From: Longimicrobiales bacterium
GTDB taxonomy: Bacteria; Gemmatimonadota; Gemmatimonadetes; Longimicrobiales; Gaopeijiaceae
Direction of reading: 5' to 3'
Assembly (NCBI GenBank): GCA_965219445.1
Contig: CBDCNQ010000001.1
Coordinates: 160,001 to 224,000 of the forward strand
Length of the DNA: 64,000 bases
Both the position numbers and the translations under genes were made by a program. This document shows positions 44,921 to 56,030 of this stretch, piece by piece (the first letter of the stretch is position 1; each line of letters begins with the position of its first letter). Below the pieces are notes generated by a model that ran no database searches, was not told where the DNA came from, and saw only the letters and a program-made list of their open reading frames with translations.

Positions 44921-45036
44921 GGCTCAGGCGTTCCAGAAGCTTGTAGCGGGCGGGGTGAGCGTTACCGAGGCGCTGGCGACGGCCGGGCTCCTGGCCGACG
45001 AGGATGCGGCGTGAGCCGATGGCACCTAGGCGGGGA

Positions 45037-45471
45037 TTACCTACCCGCCTGCCACTCGCCGGTGAACGTGTAGTTCTGCCCAAGTATAGCCTCCTGGCAC
45101 GTAACGGAGCCCGTCATTTGGTTCGAGCCACTGACCGTACCAGTATACGAGCAGTTGGTCATCTGAAAACTGACATTGTTGCCATTCAGTTGCCCACCAA
45201 CAAGCTGAAAGGTTCCGGAGTTGTCGACAAACCCTCCTGGATTGTTACAGCTGCCCTCTTGGACGACATTGCCTGTGATGCTGGAGCCGGAATGCGTAAT
45301 AGTGGCCGTGCCAGTCCCGCTGCAGGACGTCGACAGTTCGGCATTCGAAAAGTTTCCTGAGAAAGTCCATGTCCCGGTCAGGTTGAGGGCTGGACCGTTG
45401 TCGGGCCCTGTAGAATCGCCGCCACCGCATCCGATCATCAAAAGGCAGAGCGAAAGAGCAATGCTTCTCAT
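45037..45471 (-). CDS. Small beta-rich lipoprotein
   Basis: Lipobox LMIGC, Ser/Thr/Gly-rich strands, four further Cys. Confidence 0.7.
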   Translation of the reverse strand: MRSIALSLCLLMIGCGGGDSTGPDNGPALNLTGTWTFSGNFSNAELSTSCSGTGTATITHSGSSITGNVVQEGSCNNPGGFVDNSGTFQLVGGQLNGNNVSFQMTNCSYTGTVSGSNQMTGSVTCQEAILGQNYTFTGEWQAGR

Positions 45472-45784
45472 GGACACCTCGAATATGTACCGTGCCAAGG
45501 AGCAACCTGTCGGAGGGGAGAAACTTTTCTAACTGGGAGGGCTGGCCCCGTAAAGGATTCCAAGAAAGGCCGCGGCTGGTACACAGAGTCATACATTAGC
45601 CAGCAGCCAGTCCTGTATCATATTGCAGGACAGGGAGTTAAGCTGTTTTCTAGACATGCCCCCCCGCGGTGTTCCATCCCAAGTGCCCGGATAGCTGAGG
45701 AAGCCCCATAGCGCCTCGCAGATGTCATCGGAGAAGGGCACACCCTTTGATCCCAGCTCTTTCTCTGCGGTCGAAGTTCTCATG

Positions 45785-46867
45785 TTAACCGTCACCGTTA
45801 GGTAGGATTGTCTCGCCGTTCCAGTTCTCAGGGAAGGGCTGATAGGCGTCAAACGGGTATGACCTCTGGAGAGTCGGCTGGAGAGTCAAGAGTGGCGCTT
45901 GGGCTCGACCGGCTTCTTCTAGGTAGTCGAGGAAGTCCCACACTTCGTCGACACGGATGCCTTTGTCCAAGCTTCCCATAGCGATGCGTACCGTGTTGCC
46001 CTCTACGTCGATCACACGCACTCCCGGGCCGGCATGATTCACGGCAACGACCCATCCGTTGTGATCGAACACCGGGCTCCCGCTCGTGCCCCCCGTGACA
46101 TCGAAGTTGTACTGCACCTCGACGTGTTGGGTCTCGCCGCCATCAATCGCCCGTAGAGCGCTAATCACTCCATCCTTGAAGGTGGCGACAGCTCGACTGT
46201 CGGCGTCACCGTTTGAGATGCCCAACTCGCCGGGAAACCCCAGTGTGCCTACGGGTTGGCCGATGGTGAGGTTGTCGACCCGTTCTCGGGGCAAGAGACT
46301 GAGAGCGACCGGCACATTCCCCTCGATGTCCAATAGCCCTATGTCCTCGGACTTAGATGTTCCATCGTATTCGGGATGTATCCAGCCGTCACCCACGATC
46401 ACGTAGGTCCCGTCTCGGCCCAGGCCAGTGCCCGAGCGCACAGCAACGGGCTCCAGGTTCAGTATGGCAAATTCAGCAAGAGCTTCCTGCAACCCCTGGA
46501 CGACGTGGGCATTAGTCCAGAGCGCGCTTGAATAGTAAGCTGCGAATCCTGTGCCGAGCGCGAGGTAGTACGTTAATCCATCCCTGGGGCTTACGAACCG
46601 GAAACCGATCACGTACACGGCTTCTTCTATCTGCGAATTTGCGAGGACGTCCGACCAGTCCAACGTCTCGCCTTGGGGCCCGATGGGGCCTTCAGGCCCT
46701 TCGGGACCTTCAGGTCCCGTGGGTCCCAGAGGGCCTCCCGTCCCCTGAGGACCTTGTCCTCCCGTGGTGCCCGTGGGTCCTGCGGTACCCTGTGGTCCCT
46801 GTGGACCTACAGGCCCCTCGCATCCCACGAAAACAGTCAACGTCAACATTAGGATGAGCCGTCGCAT
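45785..46867 (-). CDS. Lipoprotein with collagen-like stalk and trypsin-like serine protease domain
   Basis: Lipobox VFVGC, 17 G-X-Y triplets, TNAHVV / DIGLL / GGTSGSPV triad. Confidence 0.85.
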   Translation of the reverse strand: MRRLILMLTLTVFVGCEGPVGPQGPQGTAGPTGTTGGQGPQGTGGPLGPTGPEGPEGPEGPIGPQGETLDWSDVLANSQIEEAVYVIGFRFVSPRDGLTYYLALGTGFAAYYSSALWTNAHVVQGLQEALAEFAILNLEPVAVRSGTGLGRDGTYVIVGDGWIHPEYDGTSKSEDIGLLDIEGNVPVALSLLPRERVDNLTIGQPVGTLGFPGELGISNGDADSRAVATFKDGVISALRAIDGGETQHVEVQYNFDVTGGTSGSPVFDHNGWVVAVNHAGPGVRVIDVEGNTVRIAMGSLDKGIRVDEVWDFLDYLEEAGRAQAPLLTLQPTLQRSYPFDAYQPFPENWNGETILPNGDG

Positions 46868-47293
46868 CGTAGAGCTTCCCCGTAGTTCGAGTGACGGACC
46901 CTGGCTCCTGGACGAGGTGCCGGGCCGTGTGTGACAATCGCACAAGGAAGCTTGTGGAGAGTTCCGGCCTATTCGCCCGCCAACTTGGGAGCTACCCTCG
47001 CTGGAAAGACTCGGGCTGTTGTATTCGGCAGGTAGCCCGACCTAAGGGCTCCCTTGCTCGATTGCCACGGGGTCACACTACAACCCCGGGGGGAACGGAG
47101 CAAGCGTCAGGCAGAGGAACCGGGTCGAGGATCAGGTGCGGGAGGGGATCAGTGGGAGGGGCCTTGGTGCGTGCCACTTGTTGTCGCCGCCCGTCTCAAA
47201 AAAGTTGCAATTGGGCAGCACAGTTGGCCGCTTCGCTGAAGGAAGCTGAGGATGGGTGAAGCCGGCAACCGCCCGATGCAGCGGAGGAAAATC

Positions 47294-47569
47294 ATGGACG
47301 ACATGCGAATCTGGACCGACCCGAGGAATCATCGGGCCTGGGAAGTGAAAACGTACTGGGGTAGCGGCGGCCAGGCGATGGGGGTGGGCCTGGAAGTTGA
47401 CATCTCAAAGATCCCTGCGCCACCGGAGATACGTCGGATCGAGTTTATTCCGGCTGATGGGCAGGGGCCTCCTTACCGGACGGGCATGGGTGAGGATGAG
47501 CGAGAGGCTGAGGAGTTCAGCTACAAGGAGCTCGAGGTGCTGCTTAATCGGGCTCGGGGGGAGCGATGA
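47294..47569 (+). CDS. Small hypothetical protein
   Basis: GGAGG RBS; MDDMRIWTDP...W...ELEVLLNRAR. Confidence 0.55.
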   Translation: MDDMRIWTDPRNHRAWEVKTYWGSGGQAMGVGLEVDISKIPAPPEIRRIEFIPADGQGPPYRTGMGEDEREAEEFSYKELEVLLNRARGER

Positions 47570-47652
47570 GGGCAGGAAATCGCTGGGGCAGGTGGCCCTG
47601 TACCGAACCTACTCACCTAGAAGCTTTACATCTGGGCGAACAGAACCGAGAC

Positions 47653-47681
47653 TTGTCAGTAGGGTAGCACGATGCTACCAT
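47653..47681 (+). promoter_or_regulatory. Sigma70 promoter with palindromic operator for the TA operon
   Basis: TTGTCA-N17-TACCAT; perfect IR GGTAGCA-cga-TGCTACC at 47663-47679. Confidence 0.7.
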
Positions 47682-47686
47682 GGTCG

Positions 47687-48037
47687 ATGCCACCCCCAGA
47701 CGCGCCCACTTACCCACTCGCCGACATGCAGGAGAAGGTGGCGTGCGGGCACTACCAGCTGTTGCAGGGCGCGAGGGACGGTGCGGCGAGATTGGATCTC
47801 GATGAGGAAGACGTCAAGGAGTGTATCTGTGGGCTTACCGCCGAGGACTTCTATAAGACGATGCCTTCTGAGAACGAGAACGTCCCCGGAGACTTCCAGG
47901 ACGTGTACAAGACCGAGTTCTACGGCAGGTTGATCTACACCAAACTTTCGATGAACCCGAAGTGCGGCCGGAAGACGGTCGTAGTCTCGTTTAAGTCCGA
48001 CGAGGGCGCCCAAGCCGGGGCAGAGGAGAACCAATGA
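47687..48037 (+). CDS. mqsR: MqsR-family toxin (RelE-like RNase)
   Basis: PTYPL, LTAEDFYKTMPS, QDVYK, IYTKL, VVVSFK. Confidence 0.85.
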   Translation: MPPPDAPTYPLADMQEKVACGHYQLLQGARDGAARLDLDEEDVKECICGLTAEDFYKTMPSENENVPGDFQDVYKTEFYGRLIYTKLSMNPKCGRKTVVVSFKSDEGAQAGAEENQ

Positions 48038-48633
48038 AAAAAACTGAATGCGGGATATGTGGCGGTGAAGCTGTCTTCGTTAGTGAGGAGCGGGAGGTGT
48101 CGGTCGGGAAGCGCAGCGCAGTCGTGGAGGATGAATTCTTCCGTTGCAGTGTGTGCGGGGAGGAGTTGTACGAGCCCGGTCAGATGGATGCAGTGATGGT
48201 GAAGGCGTCAACCGCCATTCGAAAGGAACTCGGGCTGTTGATGCCCGAGGAGATAAAGGCCATAAGAGATTCGCTCGATCTGACGCAGTCAGATTTTGAG
48301 CAATTGCTCGGTGTCGGTGAGAAGACCGTTGTGCGATGGGAGCGTGGGACCGTGTTCCAGAACAGCGCGACGGACGTCCTTATTACGGCCGTTCGAGATG
48401 TCGAGGGGTTCGCGGGCTACTTGGGCAGTCGTGCGGGCATCGCGGTCCCGGAGGGATTGTCACAAGGTATGGCGATCGGTCAGCTCGACTTCGCTACAGG
48501 CGAGTTCGTCCAGGTCGACGTCCCGTACTCTCACCCAGTGGCGGAGGAACTCGTCGCGGAGGATCAGTTCGTTCCCGAGGAACAGAGTTTTTCAGTTGCC
48601 ACTGGTCGGCATGCGTGGGATGAGGCCGCATGA
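48034..48633 (+). CDS. mqsA: MqsA-family antitoxin with C-terminal extension
   Basis: CxxC...CxxC Zn finger, HTH (IRDSLDLTQSDFEQLLGVGEKTVVRWERG), ~60-aa acidic tail ending WDEAA. Confidence 0.88.
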   Translation: MKKTECGICGGEAVFVSEEREVSVGKRSAVVEDEFFRCSVCGEELYEPGQMDAVMVKASTAIRKELGLLMPEEIKAIRDSLDLTQSDFEQLLGVGEKTVVRWERGTVFQNSATDVLITAVRDVEGFAGYLGSRAGIAVPEGLSQGMAIGQLDFATGEFVQVDVPYSHPVAEELVAEDQFVPEEQSFSVATGRHAWDEAA

Positions 48634-49100
48634 ACACGCCGGTGACCGGATATTCCCTTGAGGCCGTCCACACGGTCCGAGCAAGTTATGGTATCGAGCC
48701 CGACCCCGAGGCTTCTCTCGATGCGGAGCGTGAAATTAGTTTCCTCTGGGATTGGCATGTGATAAGTACCACTCAGTTCGCGGTCGTCTTGGGGGCGAAG
48801 ATCGGACCTAGTGATACCGAGCGAGATGAGTTAGAAGCCATCGTGGTAGGAACTTTTGGAATACTCGGGGAGGTGCAGTCGGTCGACCTGCGTGGCTTCG
48901 TGGAACTGAATGGTCCAGCGGTCGTAATGCCTTACCTGAGACAGGCCCTCACGGCGCTTTCGGGCCAGGGGCCTTTCGGAGCCTTCTACCTCCCGCCCGT
49001 GAACATCAAAGTACTAAGTGAGGACTTCAATACGGAGGCCGCTACCGGCACCATTCAATTGAAAGACAATCCTTCGTTGATTGGTTCGGCCAGCGAGTAG
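48630..49100 (+). CDS. SecB-like chaperone
   Basis: NGPAVVMPYLRQAL...FYLPPVN SecB signature; ATGA overlap with the antitoxin. Confidence 0.82.
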   Translation: MNTPVTGYSLEAVHTVRASYGIEPDPEASLDAEREISFLWDWHVISTTQFAVVLGAKIGPSDTERDELEAIVVGTFGILGEVQSVDLRGFVELNGPAVVMPYLRQALTALSGQGPFGAFYLPPVNIKVLSEDFNTEAATGTIQLKDNPSLIGSASE

Positions 49101-49300
49101 CGTTCCATCCAGCCATCCCCACGCCCCGCAGCACCCGCCACGTTACACCCATGGGAATCATGACGATGGACCTCGAGGCGCTCGAGGTAGAGCTAACCGC
49201 TGGCCGATCGGGGCCGCGCTCGCCTACGATGCCGCTCTTGCCTGCCCCTATCGAGCCACAGCCAAGCCGATTGGGTGATCAGCCCTTTCACTCCAATATC

Positions 49301-49681
49301 TTAGCCCGCTCCCTCGTCGTCCTCTCGAACTCGCGCTTCGTCCTCCATCCACCAGTCGTGGAGCGCGAGGAACACGCGCTTTAGGCTTAGGGCACGGGCT
49401 GTTGCAGAGTACTCCACGCGTGGCGGTACCTCTGCGTAGACCCTCCGTTCGATGAACCCACTGCTCTCCAGCGCGCGGAGCTGATTCGTCAGCATCGTCT
49501 GAGTGATTCCGTCGATGCGGCGGCGTAGCTCCCCGAAGCGATGCACGCCCCGGAAGATCAGAATCTGAAGGATAATCAACTTCCATTTACCACCGATCAG
49601 CTTTGCGATATCGGGCATGGGGCACTCCGCATCAAGCACCGGAATCCGTGACTGGTCGAGAGGCTGAAGCTCAGTTGTCAC
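49301..49681 (-). CDS. HxlR-family transcriptional regulator
   Basis: CPM...IGGKWKLIIL, RFGELRR, MLTNQLRALE, VPPRVEYS. Confidence 0.9.
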   Translation of the reverse strand: MTTELQPLDQSRIPVLDAECPMPDIAKLIGGKWKLIILQILIFRGVHRFGELRRRIDGITQTMLTNQLRALESSGFIERRVYAEVPPRVEYSATARALSLKRVFLALHDWWMEDEARVREDDEGAG

Positions 49682-49719
49682 CTTGGATCGTCAACACGCG
49701 AACGGAGCCTGAGCAGACC

Positions 49720-50368
49720 ATGCCCAATTCAAAAGCACCGACCTCGCCCAAAACTGGGCAGCGGTGCACGCCGCAAGATCAAGAGACCTTCTGGTCGCAG
49801 TCCCTCGATCGGCTCGCCGACCTGTTGGAGGCTGGCGCGGAGCGCCAGGACCGGGGTACGCTGCTCGATCGGGTATCGAAATACCTTCTCGTCCCGCTCC
49901 TTCTCCTGACGTCGGCGCAATACGTAAGTGCGCAGGACTTCGTTGAGTTGCCACCCGACCTTGAAGTGGAACTGGCCCTCAGCGCGCTTCCCGATGAGTT
50001 GCAGGGTGGGGCGGCGGTCTACGTGCGCGACCCCGGTCAAGGGTTCGTTCTCCATCGCGAGGGGACGAACGGATGGATGACATTCGTAGCACGCACAAGT
50101 GTCCGATTCTACGCAGCGGATTGGGACTACAGCTATCCAAGCGACATGCTGATCCCGCAGGCTCACGGTGAACTCGGTCTTCAAAATCATGTGAGACCCT
50201 ACTTCGATCTTGAGCGCCTTCGCATCGCTGGAACCCCTCCGGCCGAAGCGAAAAGGGTCCTTCGCGAGCGCTTTGAGAACGGGACGTACCGGGCTCCAGC
50301 GCGGGGAGGCGTGTCTTACATGCTGGCCCCAATACACCGGGCGTACATGGCTCCGGCGGAGTCGGATG
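49720..50368 (+). pseudogene. Secreted hypothetical protein truncated by an IS end
   Basis: EVELALSALP...AAVYV...GTNGW, GVSYML; interrupted at 50369. Confidence 0.6.
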
Positions 50369-50634
50369 CGGAACCTGTCAACGACAATGGGACACTCTAC
50401 GGGATTAATTAGAGAGCAATGTCCTGTGTGGTGAGGGAAGGGATGGGAGGATTGATGAAGACGGCCTCCGGGAGCGGTTTGGGCTTCGGCACACCTCTGA
50501 CGAAGCGTTCGGGATGAGCGGCCCATGCTTCGCGGAGCACGGATTTCCTGCCGGCAATGACCTGATCGGCGTTCCCGAAGTGGACCTGCTCGGGGGTTAG
50601 CATCGAGATGCCGCCATGGCGGTGCTCGGCATTG
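50369..50634 (-). mobile_element. 3' fragment of a diverged relative of the 1567-bp IS3 element
   Basis: Encodes MLTPEQVHFG...INPP...QDIAL; end CGGAACC-TGTCAACG. Confidence 0.88.
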
Positions 50635-50890
50635 TGACCTGACCCCCTGAAACGAGACCAGGTGCAATGTTAGGATCGACCTGGTCTGAAGCTTTTCAGC
50701 GAGGAGGTCAGGATGGGAAGGAAGCGACACACTCCGGAGCAGATCATCACTGCACTGCACTGCGGGAGGCAGAGGTCGGTCTGGCCCGCGGCAAATCCGT
50801 GAAGCTGATCAGCCGGGAGCTCGGCATCACCGAGCAGACGTACTGGAGCTGTCCCGTTTTAGTGGACGGGTGAACACTGAGGTTTTTAGT
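50635..50890 (+). mobile_element. IS3-family left-end fragment plus a further IS3-like end
   Basis: TGACCTGACCCCCTGAAACGAGACC IRL, frameshifted [12 protein letters not shown] orfA, then TGGAGCTGTCCCGTTTTAGTGGAC. Confidence 0.75.
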
Positions 50891-51021
50891 CTGTCCCCCC
50901 CGCTCGGGAGAGGGAAGCTTCCCCCGCGTAGCGGGGGAGTAAAGAACCGGGCGTAGGGGGCGCTCACGCGGCGGCCTCCCGGGCATGGCGGCGTTCGAAG
51001 GTAAATAGGTATATAATCCCC

Positions 51022-51230
51022 AACTGGAAGAACGGAACGATGGCCTTGCGCTGGGCTGCGGCCTCGTTCGTGGAGACCGAGAAGAGCTACCGGAGGATCA
51101 TCGGCTACGACCAGCTCTGGATGCTCAGGGCCCACCTCGACGACCATGAACCGGTTGCCGAAATGAGAAAGGCAGGCTAACAAGGAGACTCTCCGGAGCC
51201 ACCACCTTCAACTGTCAGCGGGACACCATC
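51022..51230 (+). mobile_element. IS256-family 3' fragment
   Basis: NWKNGTMALRWAAASFVETEKSYRRIIGY; end TTCAACTGTCAGCGGGACACCATC. Confidence 0.7.
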
Positions 51231-51250
51231 TCCTGGAAGGACTCATGGCA

Positions 51251-51499
51251 CGGGAGCGACCCCTGGAGGGCGGGGCGGCGCTGTGAAAACAGCGACCGCC
51301 CCATGCCCGTACCAGATCGTCAGATCAGGGGGTCGCTCCCCGCCGCGTCGGTGCCGTCCCGTGCGGCGTCGGCGCCTGGGCCGCGAAGCACGCAACTCCA
51401 AGCGGGCACAAGGGATAGGCGAGCCCGGCGTCTGCACGTTTTCACAGGCGCCCTGTGTGCATCGACCCCCAACGTCTCATGCACATCGCCCATACGGCC
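51251..51499 (-). repeat. Conserved structured non-coding element, copy B
   Basis: Same motif series as 29210-29466. Confidence 0.7.
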
Positions 51500-51954
51500 C
51501 CGAGGCGCCGGTTTTCTCATCGGAACCGCGCCCGGGCGAGCCGGTCCCGTCTGCCATGTGGTGGATCGGTGTATCAGCTCCCGTCCGGCCTGCCGTCGAG
51601 CCCGCTCCTGCAACGCGACCATTAGCCTGAGTCCGCCTTGGATGTCGCCGCACACCTCCTTGAGCAGCCGGTCGTCTCCCTCACGGATGGCGTGTTCGAT
51701 CCGGGCGATCTCGGTACCTTCAGGCCGACAGTCAGGCGGTCGCCAACGCTGCAATCTAGGCCGCGATCTCCTGAATTCCCAGCATCCTATCCTTGAGCCC
51801 GGCGGCCGCGCGGTGCCGGGTGCGGCAGCCGGTCTTCCAGCGCGCCCACAGCGGCACGGAGATTCGGGGGGTCCAATAGGGGCGGAGCGCCGCCTCGCCA
51901 GACCGCGAGGTTCAACGGCGGGGAATCATGCACCTAAGTTGTCCGGCCCTTCCC

Positions 51955-54213
51955 TTACTCTTTGGCCAGCCGTCGCGGGAGGTTCCCGGTCGCCTCCGCA
52001 TAAAGATTGATACCTATGATCGAGGGTATGACCACCTCGACGAGGCCCCCGGGTCCGCCCGGTTCCAACGGCAACTTGGGGATTCGGCCAATCAGCCCGA
52101 GGACGACCAGCTTATCGACCGCAATGTGAGCAAACTGCCCGCACTTCCGGCTGATATCCTTCGGGTCCAAAGGGTTGGGTTCGATAGCGCCTTCTTCGGT
52201 ACGGTGACCCACTCCGTGCTCGCACACGTAGGTAAGTATCTCGCAGTCCAACCTAGTCAGTTGCGCCATCGCAGTGACGTACAGGGCGTCGAGGCCAAAA
52301 CCCTCCTCGTCGTCAGCACCCGCACCCGCCCCGGCGATTAGTCCTGCCCACCAATCTTGAAGAAACGGATCGTCTTCCAGGGATGCTTTCTCCAACCGGA
52401 ACCTGTCAACGCCAGTGAGACACTCTTGGAAATCAATTAGAGAGCAATCTCCTGTGTCGTGAGGGATGGGGTGGGAGGATTGATCCAGACGGCCTCCGGG
52501 AGTGGTTTAGGCTTCGGCTCACCGGAGACGAAGCGCTCGGGATGAGCGGCCCATGCCTCACGGAGCACGGCCTTCCTGCAGGCGATGATCCGATCGGCGT
52601 GACCGAAGTGGACCTGTTCGGGGGTCAGCATCGAGATGCCGCCATGGCGGTGCTCGGCATTATACCAACGGAAGAACGAGCGACAGAAGGTCTTGGCTTG
52701 CCCCTGATCCCCGAACCGGCCGGGAAACGAGGGATGGTACTTCAAGGTCTTGAACTGAGCCTCGGAGAACGGATTGTCATCCGAGACCTGGGGTCGGCCC
52801 AACGAGCGGGTCACGCCGAGATCGGCGAGTAGTTGAGCCGTGCATTGGCTCGTCATCGGAGCCCCTCGATCGGAATGCAGGGTCAGGAGGTGGGGCTGGA
52901 CGCCATGCTTCAAGCAACTCTGCTGGATCAGCCGGCTGGCCAGGGCAGAGTTCTCCCGATCCGCCACCATCCATCCCACGACGTAGCGGCTGAAGATGTC
53001 CAGGATCACGTAGAGGTAGAAGTAACTCCACTTCTTCGGCCCCAGCAGCCGGGTGATATCCCAGGACCAGACCTGGTTCGGGCCCCTCGCCATCAACTCG
53101 GGCTTCTGGTATTTGGGATGACTCCGCTGCGCTCGACGCTCCTGAACCGGCACCTGGGAAGCCAGAACGCGATACATCGTACGCTCGCTGCACAGGTAGA
53201 CGTCCTCGTCGAGCAGCGTCGCCACCACCTCGGCTGGGGACCGGTCCACGAACCGCTCCGAACACAGGGTGTCGAAAATCTTGTCCCGCTCCCTCTCACT
53301 TAAGGCCCGGGCGGGGGTCGGGCGGGGCTGCTGATGCCCGGTCGATGCACTCCGACGACGGTAGAACGTGGCTCGCGGCACCCTGAGCGCATCGCACGCG
53401 GGCTTCACCCCTACGTGCTTGGCTAGCTCCTGGGTCGCCTTCATGAGTTCGTCCCGTCCTCGAGGCTCAATCCCAGCAGCCCTGCAACTTTTCCCTGGAC
53501 GTCGATGATCAAGTGCGCCTTCTGGAGCTCCTTCTCGAGGCGAGTGTTCTCGCGCTCCAGCTTGCGCACCTTCTCCTCCAGCGGATTGCGCTCGCGCTTA
53601 CGGCCTCGTTTCTTCGACAGCGCTTTCAGGGACCCGCTATGCGCCGCCTTGCGCCATGTCGTCAGGTGCGACGAGTACAAGCCCTCCCGCCGTAGGAGTC
53701 GGCCAACCTCTCCGGGCTCCGTGCACCGGTCCGCTTCTTCGACGATCCGCAGCTTGTACGACGGAGCGAACCGCCGGCGCAGCGGCCTATCTACCACCTC
53801 CGAGTCCGCAGGAGCTGCCGCGCTTCGCTTACCGTCCCAGGTTGGTGGGGCTATTCCATTCTCTTTCATTCTCTCTCGGTGTCTCAGCATCCTCGGTTTC
53901 TCTGCCTTCGCCCTACTCTAATTCCTTAGCTGCTCCGTGTCTCACGTAAGTTGGCAGAGAGGGACAGCGGTAACCCAACGGACAGTGCCACTCGTCGTGC
54001 CCCGGCCGGGTCAAGCCCGCGCCGTTCAGTCATTCGGTCCACTTGCTGCGATATCGCGGCCAGGTTTGCCATCCGCCATAACCGCACCCAGTCGCCTGCA
54101 ATCTCCCCAAGGTTCGTGACTGCGGGCCCGAAGAGCCGCTGAGTAAGACGGTTCGTGGCCGCAGCAACTTCGGTCGCTTCCGCGCTGCCGGGTGGGATGT
54201 CTGGTAGTGTCAC
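51955..54213 (-). pseudogene. Abi-alpha/DUF4393-like protein split by IS3 copy 2
   Basis: Removing the IS and one GT gives a 229-aa frame: RLFGPAVTNLGE...WRMANL...GLPLLEKASLEDDPFLQDWWAGLI. Confidence 0.6.
52397..53963 (-). mobile_element. IS3-family element, copy 2 (1567 bp)
   Basis: Proteins identical to copy 1 (52437-53444, 53441-53890); AC duplication at 52395-52396 and 53964-53965. Confidence 0.95.
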
Positions 54214-54399
54214 GTCGAGAGACCTTCTGTTGCGGGATGAGTCGCGTTCGAAGAGAAACGCCGTCGTGGAGGAAACAGGAAAACATACTTGGTTGGCATG
54301 CTCTACGCATACCCCAAGCAATACGTTGGGGCTGGCCAGGGGCTCCACCATTCGACACCAAAGGCCCCGCTGAAGCGCGTAGGCAGCGGGGATGGGCGC

Positions 54400-54619
54400 G
54401 CCTCGAGGACGCACGACGGGCGTGCGCTGAAGCTGCTGACAGTGCTGGACGAGCACACGAGGGAGTGCCTGGCGATCGTGGTGGCTCGCAAGATCCGAGC
54501 CCACGACGTGCTCGAGGTGCTGGCCGATCTGTTCGTCCGACACGGGCCTGCCGAGTATCTGAGGTCGGACAACGGACCGGAGTTCACCGCGAAGCTCGTG
54601 CGGCGGTGGTTGGCGCGCG
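54400..54619 (+). mobile_element. Internal IS3 orfB fragment
   Basis: [13 protein letters not shown]...SDNGPEF, near-identical to the element at 27312. Confidence 0.85.
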
Positions 54620-55707
54620 TGACGTGACCCCCTGAAACGAGACCAAAGTTGATGTTAGGATGCGGCTTTGGTCGCAGCTATCAGGGAGGAGGTCAGAATG
54701 AGTAGGAGACGACACACGCCGGAGCAGATCATCACGGCATTGAGAGAGGCGGAGGTGGGTCTGGCGAACGGCAAAACGGTGGCGATGGTGAGCCGGGAGT
54801 TGGGGATCAGCGAGCAGACGTACTACCGGTGGAGGCAGGAGTTCGGGGGGATGAAGGTGGATCAAGCTCGACGCTTCAAGGAGCTGGAGAAGGAGAACGC
54901 ACGGCTAAAGCGAGCGGTGGCGAACCTGACGGTGGACAAGCTGATCCTAGAGGAAGCGACCAAGGGAAACTTCTGAGCCCCGAGCGCCGACGCAGGTGCG
55001 TGATGCATGTACGTCAGCGACTCGGGGCGAGTGAACGTCACGCGTGTCACGTACTGGGTCAGCCGCGCTCGACGCAGCGCCGGGTGAAGAAGCTACCTGG
55101 CGACGAGGAGGCGCTACGCACGGACGTGATACGGTTGGCGAGCCGGTTCGGCAGGTACGGGTATCGCCAGATCACGAACCTGCTGCGTATCGAGGGCTGG
55201 GAGGTGAACCACAAGCGTGTGGAGCGTATCTGGAGGCAGGAGGGGCTGAAAGTGCCCAGACGGCAACCGAAACGGGGTCGGTTGTGGCTCAACGATGGCT
55301 CGTGCATCCGGCTCAGGCCACTGCACAAGAATCACGTGTGGTCCTACGACTTCGTAAGCACGAGGACCCATGACGGCCGTGCGCTGAAGCTCTTGACCGT
55401 GCTCGACGAGTACACGCGGCAGTGTCTGGCGATCAAGGTCGGTCGAAAGACTCGAGCTCACGACGTTCTCGAGGTGCTCACCGATCTCTTCGCTCGGCAC
55501 GGTCCGCCCGAGCATCTGCGCTCGGACAACGGGCCAGAGTTCACGGCGAAACTGGTGCGGAGATGGCTGGCCAGGCTGCGGGTCCAGATCCTCTACATCG
55601 CGCCGGGCAGTCCGTGGGAGAACGGCTACAACGAGAGCTTCAACGGCAAACTGAGGGACGAGCTGTTGAACGGGGAGATCTTCTACTCGTTGGCGGAGGC
55701 GGCCGTG
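54620..55707 (+). mobile_element. IS3-family element, 3'-truncated
   Basis: IRL TGACGTGACCCC, orfA 54698-54976, slippery G GGA AAC at 54964-54970, orfB breaks after SLAEAAV. Confidence 0.9.
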
Positions 55708-55864
55708 GGCGTGCGCCCAGCTTTGGGCTATGTACGTATCGCTCCGTCAGGGCGGCTTCGCCAAAGAGAAATCGATCAGCGACCTCGTGGGGATCATGGG
55801 GCTCTTCTGACACTCGCGACAACGCGCCTCATATTCGGGGGGCTTCCCACAACGGAGTACGCGA

Positions 55865-56023
55865 ATGACCGAGAAGCGGAACGAGGTCAGGGCACCGGAC
55901 GTGCGGGCAGTGAATCCGCGCTACCAGGGCGCCAAGATGAGCGACGTCGCGCGGGCTCTCATGCGCCCCAAAGAACCGAAGGTCCGGGAAGCCTTGGAGC
56001 GCAAGAAGAACGAAAAAGAGTAA
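55865..56023 (+). CDS. Small basic hypothetical protein
   Basis: MTEKRNEV...[17 protein letters not shown]..., GGAG RBS. Confidence 0.45.
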   Translation: MTEKRNEVRAPDVRAVNPRYQGAKMSDVARALMRPKEPKVREALERKKNEKE

Positions 56024-56030
56024 GGGGCTT

